Under the pieces are notes generated by a model. The model did no database searches and had not been told where the DNA came from. It was given only the letters and a program-made list of their open reading frames with translations. The translations under genes were made by a program, and so were the position numbers. DNA of 64,000 nt from Octopus vulgaris (lineage: Eukaryota): contig OX597821.1 of assembly GCA_951406725.2 (NCBI GenBank), forward strand, positions 111,104,001-111,168,000, given 5' to 3'. Numbering within the stretch: the first letter of the stretch is position 1; every line of letters starts with the position of its first letter. Of the stretch, positions 1-12,275 are shown piece by piece.

Positions 1-927
1 TGACTGAAACAAGTAAAAGAGTATAGGAGTGGCTGTGAAAGAAGTAGATTGCTTACGAACTACATGGTTCTGGGTTCAGTCTCACTGTGTGGCACCTTGC
101 AAACACATTTTTTGCTTAATTTCACTCACAAGACTGCAGTGTCAATCCTGAGTCTGTGACAGATGACGCTTGCTCCAAAATGCTTCATAGAGATGAGAAA
201 GAAACAGAGTAGTTGGCACACAAAACAATAACATAAAGAAGTTTTAAAAATCCTACTTACGATCGACAATAAGCAAGTCGAAGAATAAAGTGTGAAACAT
301 GATCAAATCGGCCGGTTTTCTGAAACAAGAAGAAATTTTAAAACTATGTATGTATGCATGGATTTTTACATATTAATACAAACAAAGATATACATATATT
401 ACACACCATACAACCATAGGAGAGGTTCTCTCAAAATAAATGACAAAGTACTCTGTGTCCTAACACAACATCCAAGTTGGAGTGACACACAAAAAGCACC
501 ATCTGAACGTGGTCGATGCCAGGTCCGCCTGACTGGCTCCCATGCTGGTGGCATGTAAAGAGCACCATCCAAACATGATCGATGACAGGGCCACCTGACT
601 GGCTCTCGTGCAGGTGGCACGTAAAAAGCACTATACAAACCTGGCTGATGCCAGTGTCCCCTGACTGGCTCCCCTGCCGGTGGCACATAAAAGCACTATC
701 CGAATGTGATCGATGCCAGGCCCGCCTGGCTGGCTCGTGTTGGTGACATGTAAAAAGCACCCACTACACGCTCGGAGTGGTTGGCGTTAGGAAAGGCATC
801 CAGCTGGAGAAACTTTGCCAAATCAGATTGGAGCCTGATGTAGTAACTAGCTCTCCAGTCCTGTCAAACTGTCCAACCCATGCAAGCATGGAAAACGGGC
901 GTTAAACAATGAAGATAATTAATAAAT

Positions 928-1000
<73 letters not shown>

Positions 1001-1002
<2 letters not shown>

Positions 1003-1165
1003 CGCAGGAGTGGCTGTGTGGTAAGTAGCTTGCTAACCAACCACATGGTTCCGGGTTCAGTCCCACTGCGTGACATCTTGGGCAAGTGTCTTCTGCTATA
1101 GCCCCAGGCCGACCAATGCCTTGTGAGTGGATTTGGTAGATGGAAACTGAAAGAAGCCTGTCGTA

Positions 1166-1196
<31 letters not shown>

Positions 1197-1412
1197 GCGT
1201 GTGTGTGTCTGTGTTTGTCCCCCTAGCATTGCTTGACAACCGATGCTGGTGTGTTTACGTCCCCGTCACTTAGCGGTTCAGCAAAAGAGACCAATAGAAT
1301 AAGTACTGGGCTTACAAAGAATAAGTCCCGGGGTCGATTTGTTCAACTAAAGGCGGTGCTCCAGCATGGCCGCAGTCAAATGACTGAAACAAGTAAAAGA
1401 GAGTAAAAGAGT
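1001..1412 (+). mobile_element. tRNA-derived SINE family A (CORE-like), representative copy
   Basis: A-box-like tggctgtgtgg, B-box ggttcagtccc, CORE-like cttgggcaagtgtctt, internal microsatellite, tail tgactgaaacaagtaaaaga. Other copies at about 9926-10090, 10853-11260(-), 21647-22028, 22772-23162(-), 24980-25345, 32492-32650, 38580-38995(-), 43860-44215(-), 54710-55090(-), 58725-59130 and 60960-61100(-). Confidence 0.85.
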
Positions 1413-1994
1413 AAAGAGATATATATGTATATAATCATTTAACGTCCATTTTACATGCTAGCATGGGTTGGACGGTTTGACCAGGGCTGGCATGCTGGAA
1501 GGCTGCACCAGACTCCAGTCTGATTTGGCATGGTTTCTACAGCAACCACTCTGAAAGTGTAACAGGAATTTTCATGTACCACCAGTATCTGCCACAACTG
1601 CAATTTTACTTGGCTTGATGGGTCTTCTTCTCAAGCACAACATAATGCCAAAGGTCTTGGTCATTCTTCATTACCTCCATGAGGCACAACACTCAAAAGG
1701 TGTTTTTCAAGTGCCACCGGCATTAGCCATTTTGCCTCCATATGGCCCAGCGCTTGAAAGGAGCCTTTTTACATTAAATATTGATGCAGGCTTGGCTGTG
1801 TTGTAAGAAGTTAGTTTCCCAACAACATGATTCCAGAATCGGTCCCATTGTGTGGAACTTTGGGCAAGTGGTTTCTATATAGCCTTGGGCCAACCAAAGC
1901 TTTGAGAAGATTTGGCAGATGGAAACTGAAAGAAATTCATCATATACATACATATATATACGCAAATTGCACCCGTGCCAGTAACTCCCATATA

Positions 1995-3845
1995 TCATCA
2001 TCATCATTTAACGTCCGCTTCCTATGCTAGCATGGGTTGGACAATTTGACTGAGGACTGGCAAACCAGATAGCTGCACCAGACTCCAATCCGATCTGGCA
2101 GAGTTTCTACAGCTGGATGCCCTTCCTAACGCCAACCACTGTAGTGGGTGCTTTTACGTGCCACCAGCATGAGGACCAGTCAGGCAGTACTGGCAATGGC
2201 CACGCTCAAATGGTGCTTTTTATGTGCCACTGGCATAGGGGCCAGTCAGGCAGTACTGGCAATGGCCACGCTCAAATGGTGCTTTTTATGTGCCACTGGC
2301 ATAGGGGCCAGTCAGGCAGTACTGGCAATGGCCACGCTCAAATGGTGCTTTTTATGTGCCACTGGCATAGGGGCCAGTCAGGCAGTACTGGCAATGGCCA
2401 CGCTCAAATGGTGCTTTTTATGTGCCACTGGCATAGGGGCCAGTCAGGCAGTACTGGCAATGGCCACGCTCAAATGGTGCTTTTTATGTGCCACTGGCAT
2501 AGGGGCCAGTCAGGCAGTACTGGCAATGGCCACGCTCAAATGGTGCTTTTTATGTGCCACTGGCATAGGGGCCAGTCAGGCAGTACTGGCAATGGCCACG
2601 CTCAAATGGTGCTTTTTATGTGCCACTGGCATAGGGGCCAGTCAGGCAGTACTGGCAATGGCCACGCTCAAATGGTGCTTTTTATGTGCCACTGGCATAG
2701 GGGCCAGTCAGGCAGTACTGGCAATGGCCACGCTCAAATGGTGCTTTTTATGTGCCACTGGCATAGGGGCCAGTCAGGCAGTACTGGCAATGGCCACGCT
2801 CAAATGGTGCTTTTTATGTGCCACTGGCATAGGGGCCAGTCAGGCAGTACTGGCAATGGCCACGCTCAAATGGTGCTTTTTATGTGCCACTGGCATAGGG
2901 GCCAGTCAGGCAGTACTGGCAATGGCCACGCTCAAATGGTGCTTTTTATGTGCCACTGGCATAGGGGCCAGTCAGGCAGTACTGGCAATGGCCACGCTCA
3001 AATGGTGCTTTTTATGTGCCACTGGCATAGGGGCCAGTCAGGCAGTACTGGCAATGGCCACGCTCAAATGGTGCTTTTTATGTGCCACTGGCATAGGGGC
3101 CAGTCAGGCAGTACTGGCAATGGCCACGCTCAAACGGTACTTTTTATGTGCCACTGGCATAGGGGCCAGTCAGGCAGTACTGGCAATGGCCACGCTCAAA
3201 TGGTGCTTTTTATGTGCCACTGGCATAGGGGCCAGTCAGGCAGTACTGGCAATGGCCACGCTCAAATGGTGCTTTTTATGTGCCACTGGCATAGGGGCCA
3301 GTCAGGCAGTACTGGCAATGGCCACGCTCAAACGGTACTTTTTATGTGCCACTGGCATAGGGGCCAGTCAGGCAGTACTGGCAATGGCCACGCTCAAATG
3401 GTGCTTTTTATGTGCCACTGGCATAGGGGCCAGTCAGGCAGTACTGGCAATGGCCACGCTCAAACGGTACTTTTTATGTGCCACTGGCATAGGGGCCAGT
3501 CAGGCAGTACTGGCAATGGCCACGCTCAAATGGTGCTTTTTATGTGCCACCGGCACAGGGGCCAGTCAGGCAGTACTGGCATCAACCATGCTCAAATGGT
3601 GCTTTTTATTTGCCACCTGCACAGGAGCCAGTCCAGCAGCACTGGCAACAACCTCACTCAAATGTTTTTTTTCACGTGCCACCAGCACAAGTGCTACTAA
3701 GGCGACGCAGGTAACGATCACGCTTGAATGGTGATTTTAACATGCCATCGGCACAGAGGCCAGCTTGTTGCTCTGGTAACAATCTCACTCGTATGGTACT
3801 CTTAGCAATCCACTAGCACGGATGGCAGTCATCAAGTTTGATTTA
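1995..3845 (-). mobile_element. Non-autonomous retroelement with (GAT)n tail and internal ~66-bp units, hosting the array
   Basis: The shared 3' end ...ggttggcgttaggaagggcatccagctgtagaaa...aacccatgctagcatggaaagcggacgttaaa(gat)n recurs at about 490-915, 3865-4095, 19746-20108, 20648-20975, 28950-29262, 36670-36940, 40395-40690, 46625-46925, 47310-47690, 53900-54235 and 63430-63990. An RTE-like tail is inferred. Confidence 0.8.
2176..3561. repeat. 66-bp tandem array, 21 near-identical units, followed by diverged units to about 3800
   Basis: Unit ccagtcaggcagtactggcaatggccacgctcaaatggtgctttttatgtgccactggcatagggg recurs at exact 66-bp spacing; variant acggtac in units 15, 18 and 20. Confidence 0.97.
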
Positions 3846-4631
3846 AAAATATATATAAATATTCATCCCATGCTGGTGGCACATAAAAAGCATCATTCGA
3901 GCATGGTCAATGCCAGTGCCGCCTGACTGGCCTTCATGCCAGTGGCACGCAAAAAGCACCCACTACACTCTCGGAGTGGTTGGCATTAGGAAGGGCATCC
4001 AGCTGTAGAAACCTTGCCAGATTGGATTGGAGCCTGGTGCAGTCCTCAATCAAACTGTCCAACCCATGCCAGCAAGGAAAGCAAACGTCAAACAAATGAT
4101 ATCCATGTGTCATTGTGTATGTGTTTGTCCACCACCAGTGTCAGAGTGTATATGGTCCCCATAACTTAGCAGTTCAAAAAATAATGACTGATAAACTAAG
4201 CGTCAGGCCTAAAAAAATAAGCATTAGGGTCGATGCGTTCAACTAAAATTCTTCAAGGCAGTGCCCCAGCATGGTCACAGCCTAAATAACTAAAAGTAGT
4301 AAAAGATAAATGATACACAGAGGCGATGGGCTTCTTTCAGTTTCCATCTACCAAATCTACTGACAAGGCTTTGATTGGCCCAAGGCCATAGTAGAAGACA
4401 CTTGGTCAAGATGCCATGCAGTGAGACTGAACCTGGAACCATGTGGTTGGGAAACACAGCCATATCTACACCTGCAGATATGGCTGTGTGGTCACAGTTG
4501 GAACAGTATTGGTAGATCTGCTTGGTCATCATTGGCCTGAAGCTGGACAGTGTAGTCATAGATACTACCAAGAGAGGATGGTCATAATTGGAACATTTTT
4601 GATCATAAGCCTGATTTATCACTACTAAATT

Positions 4632-4813
4632 GGGTGAAGGTAAAGAATACGTACATCAGCGGTTTAGGGGTTAGGATTAAGGTTAGGGGTAGGGGTTAGG
4701 GTTAGGATTAAAGATAAGGATTAGGGTCATGGGTTAGGGTTTAGAGTTTGGGTTCAGGGTTAGGATTAGGGTAACACTCAAAACGAGTGGTGTGCGTATT
4801 CTTTACCTCCGTC
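4632..4813. mobile_element. Small TIR element filled with degenerate (TTAGGG)n
   Basis: aggtaaagaatacg / cgtattctttacct inverted ends around about 110 bp of TTAGGG-like repeats (4663-4772). Confidence 0.7.
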
Positions 4814-4835
4814 TTAAATAACAAATGATACTTAC

Positions 4836-4945
4836 TCTTATTTCCTTCCATATTTTGGTAGTCTTCAGTTTGGCCCGCAGTTCACGGTTGTAGTCTTCGT
4901 TTAACTTGACATATTGAAGGCCCAAAGACTCAACTATTTTCAAAA
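4836..4945 (-). CDS. PRIM2: PRIM2 second coding exon (110 nt)
   Basis: Acceptor tttttcccag|; translates ILKIVESLGLQYVK...WKEIR; donor |GTAAGT. Confidence 0.88.
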
Positions 4946-6388
4946 CTGGGAAAAACAAATATAAGAAAGGTAAAATATTTAATAAAAGTGGTCACTTCCA
5001 TCGACCACTCTGAGTGTCTGAAAGAGAGGATTAAGGTCAGAGTCACGATCGCACGGGCTAGTATCGCAGAGGATTAAGGGGGGTAAATCAATTACATCGA
5101 CACCCACCCCCCAGTGTTCAACTGGTACTTATTTTATCAAACCCCCAAAAAATTAAAAGTCGACCTTAGTGGAATTTGAACTCAGAATGTAAGGACGAAC
5201 GAAATGCCGTTAAGCATTTTGTCCGACTTCGCATAACAATAATAATAATAAATGTAAGAGCTTAGATTAGAGGAGTCGGGGATCCGGCAAAGCTGCAGTA
5301 AAAACAACCCTTTTAGCATCACCATTTAACATGCTTCCATGCCAACATATTCGTTTAATGCGCATTTTTTACACCTATTACACTTGTTTTTGTTTTTTGC
5401 CCCTGCCGGGTGTTAAAGTAAACATTAACCGACTTACCCCTCCACCCCAAAATTGCTAAGTTACGGGGACATAAACACAGCAACATCGATTGTCAAACGA
5501 TGTTGGATGGACGGTGTGTTTACGTCCCCGTAACTTAGCGGTTCGGCAAAAGACATCGATAGAATAAGTACCAAGCTTACAAAGAGGTGGATTTCTTCGA
5601 CTAAAAGGCGGTGCTCCAGCATGGCCAAAGTCAAATGACTGAAACAAGTAAAAGAATACAGTGGGTTTCGACTGGGGTCCATTTGACACCTGGGGGGGCC
5701 TATGCAAATGAAATAGTGCACTGGGTACACACTACAGTATAGGAAGGATCCGGTACTATTCTTTTACTTGTTTCAGTCATTTGACTGTGGCCATGCTGGA
5801 GCACCGCCTTTTAGTCGAAGAAATCCACCCCTTTGTAAGGATCCATGAAAAAAATTTGGATTTAGATGTATTTAGTGTAAGAAACAGCTAGGTTTCTTTC
5901 TCTAACGTCTAGTTCAACCAACACAAGTTAACTGAAAAACAACAGAATTTTTTAAAGAATTATCTAGAAACTAGTTTTTAAACACCGTGAAGGTGTTAGG
6001 GGTCCACCAGAATAAAACGGTAATTAAAGGGGAACAGGGGTAATTTAAAAAAATAGTTGAGAAACATCTCTACATCATCGAAAACGTATCTCTGCAGAAT
6101 TTCATTAAAAATATGGATCTTAAGTTACGAGGAAACAAAAATAGGGACTGGAGGGGACCCTATTATGTAGTTATACCAAATAAACATTATATATTACATG
6201 CATATAAGCATTATATATATTATATACATACTTTTAACTCTCTCAATAGCGAAGTCTTCAAATTCCTGTAAAGATATATCGTCATTGGGAGACACATTAT
6301 AAATGGATAATTTTGCATCGTCTTCAGTATAATTTGAAGAAATTGCCTTTATCGAAGATTTCTTCAGTCTTTTCGGAGCAATTTCCAT
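4836..6388 (-). CDS. PRIM2: DNA primase large subunit (p58), 5' part: join(6388..6232, 4945..4836); gene continues beyond the left edge
   Basis: Spliced translation MEIAPKRLKKSSIKAISSNYTEDDAKLSIYNVSPNDDISLQEFEDFAIERVK-ILKIVESLGLQYVKLNEDYNRELRAKLKTTKIWKEIR resembles the PRIM2 N-terminus (human ...[37 protein letters not shown]..., recalled). GT-AG boundaries and the phase-1 junction are consistent. Confidence 0.9.
6232..6388 (-). CDS. PRIM2: PRIM2 first coding exon (157 nt, ends phase 1)
   Basis: ATG at 6388; ISLQEFEDFAIERVK motif; donor A|GTATGT at 6231. Confidence 0.9.
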
Positions 6389-6522
6389 ATTTTTATGATT
6401 TGCCAAGTAGCTATATAAAAGCTAATCCGTGAAATTACTTATTTTTGGTAGTTGTTTTCCTATAAAGAACGAGTGTTTATGAAAATCTGGTTTGCTTTAG
6501 TTACAATGTAAGAAAATCGTAG

Positions 6523-6574
6523 TTTCCCGCCATCTGACTGCTGCTGATAAAGACCTGGTCTCGTCAGCGCGGGA
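6523..6574. promoter_or_regulatory. Candidate E2F sites upstream of PRIM2
   Basis: TTTCCCGC at 6523-6530 matches the E2F consensus TTTSSCGC, and GCGCGGGA follows at 6567-6574. They lie about 140-190 bp upstream of the ATG of a replication gene, a class known to be E2F-regulated. Confidence 0.5.
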
Positions 6575-6695
6575 CGAGAGGGAAGCCGCTCTACGACTAT
6601 TCTCCCGGTCTACTAGAAATAACAGCCACGTTTTGGCATTCCTGAAGAATAGAGTCGGAAATTACCTAGACCACCCAAAACTAATTTTTTTTTTT

Positions 6696-7085
6696 GGATC
6701 TTTTCGGTTTGAACGGCAGTTTTTCTAGCGGTGTCATATGAAATTGTCACCCATAATTATGACCCTAGTATCGATCTATTGCATTTCAATCTGTTTTAGG
6801 GTTAGGGTTAGGGGTGGCGGAAGGGTATCTTTTTTTCTTCACAAATGTAAATAATCCCAATCTGTTTCTTAAACGAGGACACAGAATGTTTTCACCTCAA
6901 TCGACGTCATTGATTGGTTGAAATTGCAGAAAAAAAAACAAATATCTTACAAACTATAGAATTTTATCAATAAAGCCAAGAGAAAAAGATGTTTTATAAA
7001 CACATTCTACCAGTATACAAAGTTTAAAAGTGTTTAGTTACGTGGAAATTATTTTTAAAAACTGCCGTTCAAACCGAAAAGATAC
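6696..7085. mobile_element. Second copy of the same MITE, in the PRIM2 upstream region
   Basis: Near-identical to 11653-12072 with a small internal deletion; TSD degenerate. Confidence 0.88.
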
Positions 7086-7153
7086 TGTTTTATTTTTCGG
7101 ATGTATAACATATTTTAAGCATCATAGATTATGCTACTGCAATACTGAAGCCG

Positions 7154-8463
7154 GTTAATGTTCACAGCTTGACCGGGAAACGAAAATCAGAAGAAAAAAA
7201 TTTAAATAGTGCAATGGGTGTAAAAAAAAAAAGTGCGTATAAACGAAAATGAAAAAAAGTGCGCGCAAAGCAACGGGAGGGTGGGGAGAGGACCTCGGAA
7301 AATTCACAAGATCCGAGTTTTTCCCTCATAACCTTTAGGAAAATGGGGCATTTTTTTTCAATGAAATTTTATAGAAATACAGTTCAAAAGGCATACATTA
7401 CGATTATAAAGAAATTTGTGGGGAAAATCTTTTCCAGGGGGTGGGGAGAGGGCTTCGAAAAATTCACAAGATCCGAGTTTTTCTCTCATAACTGGATGTG
7501 TGTGTTTGTGTACATACATGTGTGTTGGGAGGCGCAATGGCCCAGTGGTTAGGGCAGAGGACTCGCGGTCATAGGATCGCGGTTTCGAATCCCAGACCGG
7601 GCGTTGTAAGTGTTTATTGAGCGAAAACACCTAAAGCTCCACGAGGCTCCGGCAGGGGATGGTGGCGATCCCTGCTGTACTCTTTCACCACAACTTTCTC
7701 TCACTCTTACTTCCTGTTTCTGCTGTACCTGTATTTCAAAGGGCCGGCCTTGTCACTCTCTGTGTCACGCTGAATATCCCCGAGAACTACGTTATTAAGG
7801 GTACACGTGTCTGTGGAGTGCTCAACCACTTACACGTTAATTTCACGGGGGCAGGCTGTTCCGTTGATTCGGATCAACCGGAACCCTCGTCGTCGTAACC
7901 GACGGAGTGCTTCCACACATATGTGTGTATATATATGTGTATCTCTCTATATATAGATAGATAGAGAGAGAAAGTAATAACGAGTGAATAAGAATAACGA
8001 CGAAAGGGTTAAAAAAAGCGTAAAAATAATTGAAGATAAAATTAAACAAAATTGAAGCCAAAACATTAAAAATTATCGAAAGTGGGTAGAAATAAACACT
8101 GTAAAAAGTTGAATGTGATTTTGAAATATAACGAGGAAAAATTCGGATCTTGGGAATTTTCTGAAAGTCCTCTCCCCACCTCAAGATTTTCCCCACAAAT
8201 TACTTTATAATCGTAATGTATGCCGTTTGAAAAGTATTTACATAAAATTTCACCCCCAAAAAAAAACGATTTTCCTAAAAGTTATGAGGGAAAAGCTCGG
8301 ATCTTGTGAATTTTCCGAGGTCCTCTCCCCACTATCCCGTTGCTTTGCGCGCATTATTATCTTTTATATATATATATATATTCGTTACCTACACATTCTT
8401 TTTTACACCTGTTGCACTAATTATTTCTGATTTTCGTTTCCGTGTCAAGTCGTAAGCATTAAC
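7154..8463. mobile_element. Foldback element with ~330-bp inverted arms, SINE C inserted inside
   Basis: gcgcgcaaagcaacggga...ggagaggacctcggaaaattcacaagatccgag mirrored at 8280-8352; ends gttaatg / cattaac. Confidence 0.8.
7527..7915 (+). mobile_element. tRNA-derived SINE family C
   Basis: ggaggcgcaatggcccagtggttagggcag...ggtttcgaatccc head with A/B boxes; a related copy sits at 45226-45472. Confidence 0.8.
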
Positions 8464-8610
8464 CCCCGAAGCCTTGGCTTACTGTCTCAATTTACTCAAA
8501 ACTGAGTATTCCTGAAGAATAGAGTCGGAAATTATCTAGTACTAAAAAAAAAAATGTATATTACAGCGGATCTATAATAGAACCTCTTTACAAGCAGTCT
8601 TTAAATCTAC

Positions 8611-8613
<3 letters not shown>

Positions 8614-8705
<92 letters not shown>

Positions 8706-8737
8706 ATGTAAGTGTATATATATATATATATATACAC
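8614..8737. repeat. (TA)n(TG)n(TATG)n compound microsatellite
   Basis: Directly visible; other long (TA)n tracts at 938-1000, 9633-9716, 12566-12668 and 15187-15237. Confidence 0.95.
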
Positions 8738-9629
8738 ACCGTTTGTGTGTGCTACTGTTATTCTCCTTTCCTGTCTTTTACTGTTTTTATTTGTATTTTT
8801 ACTGTCTTGTTCTGCTTTTACTGTCCTGTTTTTGTTACCACTTTTACCCCTCCGCAAAAAATCCCAAAGGACTGTTCCAACGAAGTCGTGTCTCGCCCTT
8901 ACCTTCGAAACACGGAGTAAACGAAGCAGGGGCGGCTGAAAGAAGGGGAATTTTCCTTGTGTTGTATGTCTTGTACTCTGTTTTTTCGTTGTTTAAAAAA
9001 TGTCCGTTTCCATGGTTTTGTTTTTATATTTTTCGTTTCTCATTATTTCCGACGTTTTTTGGGGTGTCCTGTACCCATACATGCATGTGGGCAGGTTATG
9101 GTCGATCCAAAAGCATGCGAAGTAAAGTTTGTGTTTGTGTCCTCTTCATTGTTTAGTAGTAATTACAGAGAGAGATAGAATGATGTTGTAAGGGACAGAA
9201 TTAGAGCTAGAGAGAATTGTAGGGTGTTTGTCTCACAGTTGATTTCTCCCTCTGACCAAGGTTGGTCAGCCAGACCTCGTTGAGTTGTCACCGCCTGGTG
9301 ACTAACTCCGTTGAGTCGTCACGACTGTAACGAAGTGATTTTTGCTTGGGATGTGTTTGCTTATATAACTATCAAGAAGGATAGATATATCATTGAGAAC
9401 AATAGATTTAGTTGGTGGTCTTGTTATCTCTATTCTAGCTTTTGGTGAAGTAGAAAAGGTTAGAAAGGGTCAAGTGTTTTAGAAAAAATTTCGACCTAGC
9501 TAAAGGCATCTGGAAAATGTAAAACTGCTGTCAAAGAAAAACCATTGTTCCATCGTGTGAAAAGTTATGTTGCAGTGTTAATTTAAATTTGGCTGTGGTG
9601 GATCGAATCCACTTCATGCATGCAAGACC

Positions 9630-9719
<90 letters not shown>

Positions 9720-9856
9720 AACAAAGGTATACGAAAATAAACAAAAGACGAAGGCAGTATTAGTATGGCGCTCAGGAATAGAAATAAAACAAGTCTTTTA
9801 CGTTTCGAGCCTACGCTCTTCGACGAAACATGCACATCCATACACACACGCACATG

Positions 9857-9927
<71 letters not shown>

Positions 9928-10117
9928 GTGCAGGGGTAGCTTTGTAGTAAGAAGCTTGCTTACCAACCACATGGTCTTGCGTTCATTCCCACAGCGTGGT
10001 ACCTTGGGCAAGTGTCTTCTACTATAGCCTCGGGCCGACCAAAGCCTTGTGAGTGGATTTGGTAGACGGAACCTGAAAGAAGCCCGTCGTATGTATGTAT
10101 GTATGTATGTATGTATG

Positions 10118-10149
<32 letters not shown>

Positions 10150-10247
10150 GTTAATCCAAACAAGAAAACACAAAAAAACACAACAATGCCAGGACGTCGA
10201 ACAAATATAGTATTATTGGACGCTCAGGAAAGAAGGAAAGAAGGAGG

Positions 10248-10282
10248 GTTTAACGTTTCGAGCGGAGCTCTTCGTCGGAAAC
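10248..10282 (-). ncRNA. Minimal hammerhead-like fold
   Basis: GUUU CCGACGA A GAGC-ucc-GCUC GAA ACGU U AAAC. Confidence 0.5.
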
Positions 10283-10852
10283 ATAGGAGAAGGAAAGATC
10301 CAGAGAAGGGAAGACAGAGGGAAAAAAATCGCCAACGGTACACACGAGGTCATGTATGTATGTGTGTGTGTGTGTATGTATGTATGTATATATATGGCTT
10401 AGATTTCCCTTGGGGGCTGCCCAAATTGGAGCAATCTCAAGATTAACCAGCCGAAATTGCGAAGATGATCCGGTTCTTGACTGATGACTGAGGGCTTCGA
10501 ATGTCCCGTCCATGTTTTTTGTGTCGTCTTCTAAATGTTTCACGTTCTTGTCCCAGTGGGTATATTTTTTTATTTTATATATATATATAATTATTTATGG
10601 TGGTGGGGGTGTGCTGTGGTGAGACGACTCGGAACAGTCATGATGTGAAATTTCTGAGTCCTCTCCCCCACCCTCCGTTCGCCAGCATGCAATTTTTTTT
10701 TTGTTGCTTTTGCTCGGGTCAAACACTGGAATTTAAAAGTCAAGGTCTGACGATGTGAATTTTCCGAGTCCTCTCCCCCGTCCCCCGTTCGCGAGCGCGC
10801 ATTTTTTTTTCATATTCGTTTATAGCAAGTTATTTTAGACCTATTACTCGTT

Positions 10853-11260
10853 ACTCTTTTACTTGTTTCAGTCATTTGACTGTGGCCATGCTGGAGCACC
10901 GCCTTTTTTTTAGTCGAGCAAATCGACCCCGGGACTTATTCTTTGTAAGCCCAGTACTTATTCTATCGGTCTCTTTTGCCGAACCGCTAAGTGACGGGGA
11001 CGTAAACACACCAGCATCGGTTCTCAAGCAATGCTAGGGGGACAAACACAGACACACAAACATATACACACACACTTATATATATATACATATATACGAC
11101 AGGCTTCTTTCAGTTTCCGTCTGCCAAATCCACTCACAAGGCATTGGTCGGCCCGGGGCTATAGCAGAAGACATTTGCCCAAGATGCCATGCAGTGGGAC
11201 TGAACCCGGAACCATGTGGTTGGTAAGAAAGCTACTTACCACACAGCCTCTCCTGCGCCT
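10853..11260 (-). mobile_element. SINE family A, full-length copy
   Basis: Reverse complement of the 1001-1412 element. Confidence 0.85.
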
Positions 11261-11652
11261 ATTTTTTTTTTTTTTTTTGCTTGGGTCAAACCCGTAACCT
11301 AGCAGTTCGGCTTAAGATATCGATAGAATAAATACCAACACTTAAAAACATTAAGTACTGGGTGGGGCGGCGGTGGTGGTGGTGGTGGTGATTCGTTCGA
11401 CTAAAACCCTTCGTGGTGGTGTACCAGCATGGCCGCACTGCGATGACTGAAACATGACAAAAGATGTGTGTTGGTGTGTGTGTGTGTGCAGAGAAAGATC
11501 TCATTTCGCTGTCACGTGGGATAATTCTCAGAAAACCTATTTATATTATTGTTGCTGCGTTGTTTCCTATCAGATTTCATTTCGTCATTTCAGCTCAACA
11601 ATAACAGCGTCACGGACGTTGCACGTTGAACGACGCAAATAATGTATATTTG

Positions 11653-12072
11653 GGATCTTTTCGGTTTGAACGGCACTTTTTTTCTAGCGGTGTCATATGA
11701 AATTGTCACCCATAATTATGACCCTAGTATCGATCTATTGCATTTCAATCTGTTTTAGGGTTAGGGTTGGGGTGGGGGGGAAGGGTATCTTTTTTTCTTC
11801 ACAAATGTAAATAAACCCAATCTGTTTCTTAAACGAGGGACATATTCATACGGCACAGAATGTTTTCACCTCAGTAGACGTCATTGATTGGTTGAAATTG
11901 CAGAAATTGAAGAAAAAAAAACAACAAATATCTTACAAACCAGAGAATTTTCTCAATAAAGCCAAGAGAAAAAGATGTTTTATAAACATATTCTACCAGT
12001 ATACAAAGTTTAAAAGTGTTTAGTTACGTGGAAATTATTTTTAAAAAACTGCCGTTCAAACCGAAAAGATCC
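11653..12072. mobile_element. MITE with GG termini and 8-bp TSD (Merlin-like), carrying TTAGGG motifs
   Basis: TIR ggatcttttcggtttgaacggca / tgccgttcaaaccgaaaagatcc; TSD tatatttg on both sides. Confidence 0.9.
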
Positions 12073-12275
12073 TATATTTGAAACACTCAGAGTGACTTTG
12101 ATGAAAATAAGTTTACATTAAATAATATATAAATACTACGGAGATGTACTTGCATAGCAAGTGACCTGATCTGAGATCGTGCGCTGGAATGAAAACAATT
12201 GCAGCGTGGAAGGTGTTTTTTAAGCCATTTAAGAAACACACAAAAACTGTTAGATTCACTTCAACATTTAAATTT

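Noticed and set aside
2117-3734. 527-aa and 528-aa ORFs as repeat proteins, or the array as a CRISPR locus
   Set aside because: The ORFs are a by-product of a stop-free 66-bp unit inside a retroelement. Units abut with no unique spacers, there are no cas genes, and the context is eukaryotic.
4663-4772. Chromosome end or telomere fusion site
   Set aside because: Short, degenerate, single-orientation and enclosed by inverted repeats inside a PRIM2 intron.
7527-7600. tRNA gene
   Set aside because: A/B boxes are present, but there is no clean cloverleaf and the sequence continues into a SINE body repeated at 45226. Other tRNA-like heads were rejected for the same reason.
8875-8950. Type II hammerhead in the 8860/13000 repeat family
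   Set aside because: GAAAC and CTGAnGA-like words are present, but I could not build a consistent stem I, and the two copies disagree at core positions.
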